The notes under the pieces are model-generated. The model ran no database searches. It was not told where the DNA came from and saw nothing but the letters and a program-made list of their open reading frames with translations. Positions 39,871 through 51,037 of a stretch of DNA of 64,000 bases are shown piece by piece. The stretch is from Stegostoma tigrinum. Taxonomy: Eukaryota. Both the position numbers and the translations under genes were made by a program. How positions within the stretch are numbered: the stretch's first letter is position 1; each line of letters opens with the position of its first letter. Location of the stretch: the NCBI RefSeq assembly GCF_030684315.1, contig NC_081366.1, positions 45,298,078-45,362,077 on the forward strand. The letters run 5' to 3'.

Positions 39871-40674
39871 CTATTAACCTTCTCCATTACTTAATAAAAA
39901 TGTTCAATTAGCTGAGTCAAACATTGTCTGCCTCTTACTAAACTGTACTGATTTTCCTTGATTAACTCAAACCTCTCCAAGTCACTGTCGATATTTTCCG
40001 TAATTGTTGTCTCTCAAACCTGATCGAAAGCTGCTTCAACTATCCTTGCAGTTATTCCACCAACCAGTTGCAACATGTATGACACAACTCTAGAGCAGTT
40101 TGCACCTAAACTAAGGTCGTCTAACCCAAAGGTGCAGACACTACCACTGCACCACAAGGCCTCAAATATTAAATTTTTAACCCCAGATTGAGATTTTTCT
40201 TTTGAAATTTCTAATTCCATCCATCTGCAAAGGGAGGATTTCAGCCCAGGTCCCCAGAGTTTGCCAATGTTTCTGGATTTCAAATTTATTGAAATCACTG
40301 CTATTCTATCACCTCACCTGTAGAACAAGTCTAACAGCTTTTCACACATAAGCATTTCACATTTGCCTTTTTCCAGTTCCCTGGCATCTCCCTTGCATTT
40401 GGGGAAGATTGGAAAATTATGCCAGGCCCGTCTGCTGTACCTTGACTTCCGCTTAATTTAGTAATCTGGGATTGAAGTCATCCAGGACAGGTGACTTATC
40501 CATTTCGATCATAGCCAGATCGTCCAGTGCCTCCTGCCTATCAGTGTGAACTGTTCTCAGTCACTGATAACCACTTGCTGCTACTTAATTTATTTTGCCA
40601 ATTTTCTGTCAGGCCCAATTTCTCCAGCTCAGGATCAATTTAGAATATCCAACTTTGGGTCGATGGCCACTTTA

Positions 40675-40970
40675 TAGAATCCTTATCGTGTTGAAGCGGG
40701 CCATTTGGCCCACTGAGTCCACACTGACCCTCTGAAGTGCAACCCACCAAACGCTACCCCATCCCTGTAACCCCACGTTTCCAATGACCAACCCATTTAG
40801 CCTGCACATGCCTGGACACTATGACCAATTTAGCATGGTCAATCCACCTAACATGCACATCTTTGGACTATGGGAGGAAACTGGAGCATCCACCGAGACA
40901 GTTGCCGAAGGATGGAATCAAACCTGGGTCCTTGGCACTGTGAGACAACAGTGCTAACCACTGAACCACT
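40675..40970 (-). mobile_element. HE1-like SINE
   Basis: Homologous to 23638-23945. Confidence 0.8.
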
Positions 40971-41779
40971 TTATCACACTTGACCATATCTGGCTAGAAC
41001 CTTTCTCATCTCACTGCATATCACCCTCTACCAATTTATACTCATTTTCTTTGCCTTTCTAAACTTTTGATTTAACTCATAGAGTCAACAAGATCTTACA
41101 GCATGGAAAGAGGCCCTATGGTCGGTAGTGTCTATACTAGTCATCCAAACATCATCTTTTGGAATTCCTTTTTTCCAGCACTTGGCCCACGGCCCTGTAT
41201 GCTGTGTTTCAAGTGTCAAGTAATTCCTCAATGTCTTGAGGGTTCCTGCATTTACCACCCTTTTAGGCATTGCGTTCCAGACACCAGCCATCAATGGCTT
41301 CCTAACCAAAGGACACGTTTCCACAAGCTCTGCCGACCTATGAGCGATCTCTTCTCCTACTGCCTTCTCCATCAACAGCCCAATTCACTTAGCCTACTCC
41401 TCAACCCTTCCCTGGACCCTCGTTTCGCCTCACTGCCCTTAGAACTCCCACACTTCTCTGGAGACTTGGGACTTTGAAGACCGGTCATAGTCCCAACCCT
41501 GTTTAATGGCTGACCTATCACACTCTCGTTACCATCCGCATCGCCGTAGTGCGCTATTGTCTTTTCCAAATCTCTCAAACCATCGCCTGTTTTTTCCCCT
41601 ATATTTATGACTTTGTAATTAACCGGAAACTTTGAGAAATGAGTATGACAGATGTAAAGTGCCCGAAATTAGACACATTCTGGAGACATCTATCTTGATA
41701 TAGAAATACTGTTTTCTAAATGGTATCGATAACCTCTCTTTCCATATTACAGAAGCTGATGCAGGCTGTGTACTTTTTT

Positions 41780-42290
41780 TCTGAGCGGGTGGGCGGAACA
41801 ACTAAAATATGTTTGAAAATAAAAGGGGATTCCTCTCACCCATCGTGAAACCTGAACACGCTGCTGAGAGATGGGAAGGACTCAAGCTGGAGTGGTACAG
41901 AGGGGAAATGATTACTGGCAAAAGAAAGAAAACGTGACTTTGTCCTAGGAGAATTACAGTGCACGATGGAGGCGGGGAGTTTGAGGATGTGAGAGTGTCC
42001 GTGTGTGTGATTGCACGGTACTTCGGTGAAATCACATGCTCTTCCTGGAGAGCTACAGGGACAGGAGAGGAGGGAAAGAGCCTCGGAGGGAGTACGCTCC
42101 AGCAACACGACAGCAGCTTCAGCTGACAGGTCAGTGAGTCCGGTGGCATCATCACCGCCCAACTGGATGATCTCCATCCTCGCTTAAATCTGCAAGCCCC
42201 CCCCCCCCCCCCCACCACCAACAACACACAAACACACAGATGATGTTTTGATCAAATCTATGCAATCCATTATTATCCAGTTTGACAGAG
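41780..42290 (+). promoter_or_regulatory. Putative synuclein promoter and non-coding first exon(s)
   Basis: CpG-enriched with GC boxes (gggcgg near 41791, ggcgggg near 41971). Candidate donors cag|gtcagt (42129/30), tca|gtgagt (42133/34) and gag|gtcagt (42290/91) lie upstream of the acceptor tacag at 42391-42395. Confidence 0.55.
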
Positions 42291-42406
42291 GTCAGTGTTG
42301 ATGCTTGTGTCATTTTTTTTCTGTCGGTGCCTGTAATCTTCCTCTTTCTCTTTTGGCTGTTCTGAGGGTGAATGAATCAGGTGTTTATTCTACAGTGTTC
42401 CATTGA

Positions 42407-42544
<138 letters not shown>

Positions 42545-43051
42545 TAACCATGAAAAGCCAGTGAATATACAAAGAAAGATAGCGTCCCCCTTTCAGTTAT
42601 ACAATGAATCCCTCCTTTCGGCAGTGACTGGATGGGCGACTTACACAGTTATTACATTATAACGGGAGAAAGAAATGCCTTTTTATAATGAATATTAGCG
42701 ATAACTGCATCGGTTGTTTAAAAAAAAGCGGAAAACATTTAATCTCGGGGGAACAATCTAGTTTCTGCTTAGAGATGCTTTCGTTGTCAGTTGGGGACTG
42801 ATTCAAAGATCTTTATTTCCGCTGAGCAGATGGGCCAGCCATATGGCACTCTCTTCCAGCCCAGGGAGAGAGATCCTCTTTCCAAGGATGTGGCATCCAA
42901 CACATTCACACCACACGTCTACCATTAAATAAAATAGCAGAAGTAATCGTGACATATCACAAGAAATGTTACGTACTTGAGAGGATTATCGGCACGATTG
43001 TGAATTCAGATAATTACCCCGTGGATAACGATGTTTATGTTTAACCTTTAG

Positions 43052-43090
43052 GTTCCAAAACCAAAGAAGGGGTTTCAAGTGTCGTGTCAG
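43052..43090 (+). CDS. SNCB: Synuclein, second coding exon
   Basis: cctttag/gtaagt borders. Translates (G)SKTKEGVSSVVS(V). 39 nt, phase 1-1. Confidence 0.9.
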
Positions 43091-43709
43091 GTAAGTAGCC
43101 ACGAATGTTCAAATGACGAAATAATTGAACCGCGTTGCATTTTTGTCACATTTTTGTATTCAATGTGCCTGAGTCGAATGTTTTCTATCGTAACTATCGA
43201 GAGTTGTTTTAAGAAATTGGTTCGGCATTAGTTAAAGTGTAAACATCAATTTCAGGTGATCAATCCATCAAGGCTACCAATTCTTACAGTTCCACATAGG
43301 TATGGTGTGAACATTGAGCGGATTTATCGGCAGTGCCGTTCTCATTTACAGCGTACCTGTAACTGAATGAGTAACTTGTCATCCCGTACCATCCGTGAAC
43401 TGCAATTTGTGCTGCAATTGCGAATTGAAATGCACGAATTAGTTTCACTTCAAAAGGTTGAAATGTTTCTTAGCGTGCACTATAGATTAATATGTTAATC
43501 CGGTTGTTACCTTAAGACGTATTAAATACATATAAACATTTGGAATTACTACGTTAACAAATATACACTTAATATCTTCCTATATAATTACTTTGTTCAC
43601 AATTTTACTGAAAGTATATTGCAATAAAGTCTCAAAAAAGGACAACATTGTTTCAGGCTATTTTTAACGGCCAGCTTGTTAATGTTGTATCTAACTATTT
43701 TATACATTC

Positions 43710-43980
43710 ATAGAATCTCTACATTCAGCCCATCCAATCCACACCGATCGTCTAAGAGCAGCGCACCCATACCAAACCCCTCTAAACCAATCCCTGTAAC
43801 CCCACAGTTCCCATGGCTAACCCAGCTATCTTGCACATCCCTGAACACTACCGGCAATTTAGCATGGTCAATCCACTAAACTTGTACATATTTGCATTGT
43901 GGGGGGAAACGGGAAAACCCAGAGAGAACCCACGCAGACATGGGGCAAATGTGCAAACTACATATTGACAATTGCCCGAT
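43710..43980 (-). mobile_element. HE1-like SINE lacking its head, in a synuclein intron
   Basis: Homologous to the body and tail of 23638-23945. Confidence 0.75.
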
Positions 43981-44677
43981 TGTCATCGACTGCCATTTTC
44001 AGGAATGTCATGAATTTGATTCATATAAGGTTACTAACAGATCTGTTAATAATTTAATACTTCAATTCTAATGCGTGCATTGATCTGAAAGCATTTTGTG
44101 CTCAAACGACAGTAGATACTGTTGTACATATACATTGCCTTTAAAGAGTTCACATTTAAGGACTCCATGTGCTCTGTGTATACAGTGTTACAGGTCTGCC
44201 TTTAAGTTAAGCGATTCAGAAATTAGTCGGTTGACTGTAATATGTTTCATAATTTATAGTGTGTTTTAATGTTGTAAATGAAATAACTCATGGAGTTAAT
44301 CAATCAAGCAATTGATTATTAGACCAATATCATTAACAGTACAGGTATCATTTCAGTGTTTCCATAGCTGATCAAACTTAATCGTGAAAGGAATATGACT
44401 TTTCCTTCAAGAGCATTATCATCTCAGAACAAAAATTGCAACACAAAATTTGTTCCATAACTCATGTTTATGGTTCTAAACATGTTTCTGGTAATAAAGG
44501 GAATTATTGCTTATGGTCAGATGCAAAGAAAATGGAAAAAGAAAACAAAGTCAAATGATTAAGTAGCATGTGCTTTTTGTTAAATAAAGGAAAAGGGTAG
44601 ATGATATCTTTAGATAATTCAGGAAGAATAAATGCACACATCATGCTAAGAAACTGCAAAGTTTACTCTTGTAATAG

Positions 44678-45018
44678 GGTGGCTCAGTGGTTAGCACTGC
44701 TGTTTCACAGAGCCAGGGTTAAATTCTAACACCAGGCGACAGTCTGTGTGCAGTTTGCACATCCCCTCCGTGTCTATGTGGATTTCCTCTAGTGCCTCGG
44801 TTTCCTCTCATGGTCCAAAGATGTGGAGGTTAGGTGAATTGGTCATGTTCAATTGCCCCATAGTGTCCAGGGATGTACAGGTTAAGTGCATTAGCCATGG
44901 GAAATGCAGAGTTCCAGGGATAACATAGGGGGATGGGTTTGGATGAGCTGCTTTTCAAAGGGCTATTATGGACTTGATGGGCCAAATGGTCTGCTTCCAG
45001 ACTGTAGGGATTCTATGA
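44678..45018 (+). mobile_element. HE1-like SINE, near full length
   Basis: ggtggctcagtggttagcactgctg head and actgtagggattctatg tail. Confidence 0.85.
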
Positions 45019-45059
45019 AATAAGTATTGTTTCTGGAATTCCTACAAGCCTCAATGGGG

Positions 45060-45378
45060 AAAATGTCAGAAGCTACATGACACCAGGTTACAGTCCAACA
45101 GGTTTATTTGAAACCACAAGCTTTTGGAGAGCTACTGATGCTTCACCTGATGCAGGAGCAGCACTCTGAAAGTTTGTGATTTTAAACAAATGTTTTGGAC
45201 TATAACAGACATTTGCTGGAAAAGCTCAGCAGGCCTGGCAGCATCTGTGAAGAAATAAATCAGAATTAATATTTTGGGTGTAGTGTCCCTTCCTCAGAAA
45301 TGTTGGATGACAACCTGATGCCGTGTGACTTCTGGCTTTGTCCATCCAGTCCAACAGTAGGACCTCCACATCATGGGT
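45060..45378. mobile_element. Palindromic PLE-derived element (family C) with a nested family B fragment (about 45207-45300)
   Basis: Left arm agaagctacatgacaccaggttacagtccaaca...acaagcttttggag mirrors the right arm ctctgaaagtttgtg...tggactataac / aacctgatgccgtgtgacttct. Decayed hammerhead cac-CTGATGc-aggagc..actct-GAAA-gttt-gtg at 45144-45178. Confidence 0.7.
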
Positions 45379-45876
45379 CCTCAAAAAAAAGAATAGGGTG
45401 ATGACCATCTCGGTAATACAAATTACCTTAACAGTGCTTTTCACAAGTTTGAAAGATGCCACCTTGACCATATTAAACTGCTTAGCATTGATTCTGTAAC
45501 TCTAAAATTGATATAGATGTGTATCTTTACAATCTTATTTTTTCTGTGTGCCCACTAGGTTTTTTTATGGGTAGAACTTCCTGTCTTTGCAGCTAAAAAT
45601 GATAGCATCTAACAACAGGATGTTAGACAACTTTGTTAAAATATTCCTGCATTCATAAATTAATTCTATTTAACTCTACTCCAAAGTTTAGTTACATAGG
45701 AATTAAACATTTCTCAGTGAATCATATTTGTATTGAAGAAATTAAGATGGGTCTTTAAAAAAAGAACCCCAATAATGGCTGCTTAAGTGATAAGTTTTAA
45801 ATTGCTTCATAAAGAAATAAAGTAACAACAACACCCTCTGAATAGGAAACAATGTATATTGATTCTTGCTTTTTAG

Positions 45877-46031
45877 TGGCTGAGAAGACAAAGGAACAGG
45901 CTTCTTTGGTGGGCGGTGCTGTTATCACTGGGGTCTCAGCTGTGGCTCAGAAGACAGTGGATGGAGCTGGGAATATTGCAGCAGCCACTGGCCTGGTGAA
46001 AAAGGAAGACTTCCCATCTGAAGAACTAAAG
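45877..46031 (+). CDS. SNCB: Synuclein, third coding exon (NAC region)
   Basis: cttgctttttag/gttagc borders. Translates (V)[51 protein letters not shown]. 155 nt. Confidence 0.92.
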
Positions 46032-46899
46032 GTTAGCCTTCAGCAAGCATGATCACCCCACCCAGTGCAGCTGCAATATGCATCAAATCGTTCAGATTTA
46101 ATATTGCTGCATTATATGCTTAGCAAAAGCACATCATCTGGCAGCGAGAACACAGTACAGGAAACTGAAGATTTTATAATTAATTAGATGATAATTTTAA
46201 AGGTGCGTCATATGCCTCAGTATTTGGGGATACACTTCCTAGTCATTTTCATATTAGGCTGAAATTAATGTAGCAATTCAGTGGGGTCTAAATTTGTACA
46301 GTACCATTTTCCAGGCATAATGTGGCAATCCAACAATTCCGTAACGGCTTAAGTTACACACACTGATTTCTATATTGACTTTTTATGAGAAATACACAGC
46401 AAACTATCTCGGCACAAGGGTTTGTGCTTCACATTTAGTAACCACTGGCAGTTTGAAGAGAAGGTACGTTATCAGTCAATGGGTATCGCTGATTTAGCAC
46501 CATTACTAATTCCAAATTTCACACTGCAGCAAAACTATCACTGCAGAATATGACTTATGATGGAGTAAAATATTTCCTTCCCCCAAACCACTCTCACACC
46601 TACCTCAAATCTGTACTACTTCGAGGAACAATGAACTCATGCAAAATCTTTTCAATGGTGGTTCAATTGTGCACGTATTTGGAACCTTCCTGTACTGGGT
46701 TTAAGTTTTAAAAAGTCGATAGTTATTGCATGTTTTTTGCCTCTGGTGGTGTTCCAGCCAGATGCTTCCACAGTGGCTGGGGGATAGGTGTTGAAAGGTT
46801 TTGAATTTTCTTTTGAGCAAATTGCAGATTTCTATACGTCCTTGAGTTTTTTAAGGGTAGAACTAGTGGCTGAGAAGACAAAGGAACAGGCTTCCGAAG

Positions 46900-48407
46900 G
46901 ATGACATCAGACAACTCTGCTCCCTAAATTCAGGCTGCATCACTTCTGCCTGGGCTGCAACAGTTAGACCTAACTAGCCGATTGGGAACAACAAAGGTAT
47001 TGGCAGAGTAGGAGGGACACTGATGCTGTCATTCTGCAAGTGAGAAAAAAAAGGCTTGTGCTCCATCTAAGCACTGTTACTCTCCTAAGAAGCTGCCTCA
47101 GTAACACTACTTAGGTCTTGTTGGACAGACTGCTGTGATGTTCTGCGAGCACCTTTGGGTAGTTATTATAAGCCACCATGCCAGCAGTCTTAGCTTGCAA
47201 GACAACATTCTGAGGGTCCACTCCAGAATTCAGACATTTGATGTTGACTGTTTGTGCGACAGTGAGGCTTGTTTGTGCTGCAAAATAAACTTGGACATCA
47301 GCCATCTGGCTCTGCATCAAAACAAGTTCCACAGTGCTGCTGGAGTGACCACTCATTCATGTTAGAAAGGATGAGCTGCATGTTCTCTTCAAAGCCCGGT
47401 GCCAAGTTGCTTCTGAATTCTTCCACTCTCTACAATATTAAAAATGAGCTTACCAGAGCACCAAGAAGTAATGGTTATTCACAGTCAGCAAGCTTCTTTA
47501 GGAGCCGGATCCATCAAAGGTTTTATCTATCATTTGTGCAGTGAACAGCTATCTGCAATATAACTTTTCCTGTGCTAGCTCTGAGGGGAATTCTGCTTGG
47601 TGCCTTTATACTGGCCTCTAACGTACATACATCAGGTTTCAGTGTTTCCATGTGTAAAACCAAAAGACTGTATCACACTATCTTCACTGGCTTTGTCCTC
47701 TTCTTCTTTAGTATGGGAGAATTACAGTTGCTGGCTACCTGAGAAAGGAACACAGGTTGGGCTATGTTGAGGCAAGAAGAGAAAGTAAGAAATGTGTGCT
47801 TGCATCATTTTTAGTTCGTAAATCAGAAAATGTTATGGGATGAGGGAGCAGTAGGACAAGAGGAGGATTAAGTATGCCTTTACGAGGGTGGTCAGCACAG
47901 TCTCCTCCATGGGACGCATACTTGTCATCCTCCTGTTCTTTTCTGATATCTCAAGTTACACAATACTTTTTCTGGCAAGAAGGAGGAAAGTGTGTCAACA
48001 AATGTGCCGCAATATGTTAGTGTAGTGCCTGCTGTTTTGAATGGTTGCCAGTGCATGAGAGCTGTGAGTTGTGTGTGCGAGATTCGTAGTAGTACAGAGT
48101 GTCTGAGAGTGAGATATAGCAGATGAATTGAAAGATTGAGATTGGGCATGTGAATACAGTACTGAGGGGTTAGAGAATGGAAATGTGGATAAAACGAGTG
48201 GTAAACTTAGTAGGATATGTAATATGAAGATGAATTCATTAAGCTTCACAACTTATTTCAGTTTGTTAGACTTTTTTTCAAAGCATCCATATTCTTGGAG
48301 CGATACACTGGTATTGCTGTCTGCCATGAATTCATACATCTTCCACTAAGATAATCTGTACACAATCAGAAAGTCTAGGTGCTCACTCAATGACGTGTGC
48401 AACCATT
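46900..48407 (-). mobile_element. Decayed PIF/Harbinger-type Myb/SANT-like gene remnant
   Basis: Minus-strand fragments RAPRLSD..ILVEDV, APRIWML.KKSNKL, EKVLCNLRYQKRTGG and PMEETVLT resemble Harbinger-associated Myb/SANT proteins. Contains stops and frameshifts. Confidence 0.45.
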
Positions 48408-51037
48408 CCTCAAAGTAAAACTTGTTTAAGAGATTATAGGAACTGCCAATGCTGGAGAATCTGAGGTAACAAGGTGTAGAGCTGGATGAACACAGCAGGC
48501 CAAGTAGCATCAGAGGAACAGGAAAGCCGACATTTTGGGCCTGGACCCTTCTTCAGAAAATGGGGAAGGGGAAGGGGGTTCTGAAATAAATAGAGAGACA
48601 GGGGGACGCGGATCAAAGATGGATAGAGGAGGAGGTAGTTGGAGAGCAGACAGACAGGTCAAAGAGGTGGCGATGAAGCCAGTAAAGATGAGTGTAGCTG
48701 AGGAGTTAGGGACGGGATAGGTCAGTCCAGGGAGGACGGACAGGTCAAGGGAACAGGGTGAGGTTAGTAGGTAGGAGATGGGGGTGGGGCCTGAGGTGGG
48801 AGGAGGAGATAGGAGAGAGGAAGGACAGGTTAGGGAGGCGGGTATGAGCTGGGCTGGTTTTGGGATGCGGTAGGGGGAGGGGAGATTTTGAAACTTGTGA
48901 AGTCCACATTGATACCATTGGACTCCAGAGCTCCCAAGCGGAATTTGAGATTTTGTTCCTGTAACCTTCAAATGGCATCGTTGTGGCACTGCAGAAGGCC
49001 CAGGATGGACATGTCATCTGAGCAATGAGAGGGGGAGTTGAAATGGTTCGCGACTGGGAGGTGCAGTTGTTTAGTGCGAACCGAGCGTTGGTGTTCTGCA
49101 AACCGGTCCCCAAGCCTCCGCTTGGTTTCCCCAATGTAGAGGAGGCCACAACAGGAATAGTGAATACAGTATACACATTAGCAGGTGTGCAGGTAAACAT
49201 CTGCTTGATGTAGAAAGTAATCTTGGGGCCTAGGATGGGGGTGCGGGGGGAGGTGTAGGGACAGGTGTAGCACTTCCTGCGGTTGCAGGGAAAAGTGCCG
49301 GGTATGGTGGGGCTGGAGGGGAGTGTGGAGCAGACAAGGGAGTCACGAAGAGTGTGGTCCCTCCAGAAAGCAGATAAGGGTGGGAGGGAAAATTGTCTTT
49401 GGTGGTGGGGTCGATTGCAGATGGGGAAGTGTCGGAGGATGGTAAGTTGGATCTGGAGGTTGGTGGGGTGGTATGTGAGGATGAAGGGGACTCTGTTTTT
49501 GTTATTGTTGAGGGACCGAGGTGTGAGGGATGAGGGAAATGTGGGAGACACAGTCAAGGGCATTCTCAACCACAGAGTTGGGGAAGTTACAGTCCTTGAA
49601 AAACGAGGACATCTGAAATGTACGGGAGGGGAATCTCTCATCCTGGGAGCAGATGTGGTGGAGGCGAAGGCAAAGGAATTGGGAATAGGGGATGGCATTT
49701 TTGCAGGAAGGTGGGTGGGAGGAGGTGTCTTCTAGGTATCTGTGGGAGTCGGTGGGCTTGAAATGGATATCTGTTCCCAGGTGGTTGCCTGAGATGGAAA
49801 CAGAGAGGTCCAGGAAGGGGAGAGAGGTATTAGAGATTGTCCAGGTGAAGTTAAGGTTGGGGTGGAAGGTGTTGGTGTTGTGGATGAACTGTTCGAGCTC
49901 CTCGTGGGAGCACGAGGCGGCACCGATATAGTCATCAATGTAACGGAGGAAGAGGTGTGGTTTAGGGCCAGTGTAGGTGCGGAAGAGGGACTGTTCCACA
50001 TAACCTACAAAGAGGCAGGCATAGCTTGGGCCCATGCAGGTACCCATGACAACCCCCTTTGTCTGTAGGAAGTGGGACAAATCGAAACAGAAGTCATTGA
50101 GGGTGAGGAAAAGTTCGGCTAAGCGGATGAGCGTGTCAGTGGAGGCGGCTGGTCGGGCCTGTGGGACAGGAAGAAGCAGAGGGCCTTTAGGCAATCTGCA
50201 CAGGGAATGCAGGAGGGAAGAGATAGGTGTATAGTTCAAACCATTCTTCCATTTCACCAACACCTTCCACCCCAACCTCAAGTTCACCTGGACCATCTCT
50301 GATACCTCCCTGTTTCCATCTCTGGCAACCACCTGGAAACCGATATCCATTTCAAGCCCACCAACTCCCACAGCTACCTAGAATACATCTCTTCCCACCC
50401 ACCTTCCTGCAAAAATGCCATCCCCTATTCCCAATTCCTTCACCTCTGCCACATCTGCTCCCAGGATGAGGCATTCTACTCCTGAACATCTCAGGGCCTC
50501 CTGCAGTACCTCAATGATGCCACCTGAAGTTTGCAGGAACAGCACTTCATTATTCCACTTGGGAGCCCTGCAGCCCAATGGTATCAATGTGGACTTCACA
50601 CATTTCAAAATCTCCCCTCCCCCTACCGCATCCCAAAACCAGCCCATCTCGTCCCCGCCTCCCTCACCTGTCCTTCCTCTCACCTATCCCCTCCTCCCCC
50701 CTCAAGCCCTACCCCCATCTCTACCTACTAACCTCATCGTGTCCCTTGACCTGTCCGTCCTCCCTGGACTGACCTATCCCTTCCCTGACTCCCCACCTAC
50801 CATCACCTTTACTGGCTCCATCCCCGCCTCTTTGACCCCTCTGTCTCCTCTCCACCTATCTTCTCCTCTATCCATCTATCTGCCTCCTTCTTTCTCCCTA
50901 TTTATTTCAGAACCCCGTTCCCTTCCCCATTTCTGAAGAAGGGTCCTGGCCCAAAACGTCAGCTTTCCTGCTCCTCTGATGCTACTTGGCCTGCTGTGTT
51001 CATCCACCTCTACACCTCGTTACCTCAAAGTAAAACT
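48408..51037 (-). mobile_element. Penelope-like retroelement (RT + GIY-YIG, 5'-truncated) with an inverted second arm and 15-bp TSD
   Basis: Minus-strand QTKGVVMGTCMGPSYACLF...FLRYIDDYIG...PFLDL...FKPTDSH (PLE RT), followed by PCNRRKCYTCP and a frameshifted GIY-YIG. 50243-51022 is an internally deleted plus-strand copy. cctcaaagtaaaact occurs at 48408-48422 and 51023-51037. Confidence 0.92.

Noticed and set aside
44678-44750. tRNA gene
   Set aside because: The A-box-like head continues into a SINE body repeated four times in the window, and no full cloverleaf is present.
46064-46112. Hairpin just downstream of the NAC-exon donor (gcaatat...atattgc)
   Set aside because: A short AT-rich stem that could arise by chance, with no supporting evidence.
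48510-50936. Multiple overlapping 100-300 aa ORFs as novel genes
   Set aside because: They are frameshifted PLE RT/GIY-YIG frames and their antisense shadows.
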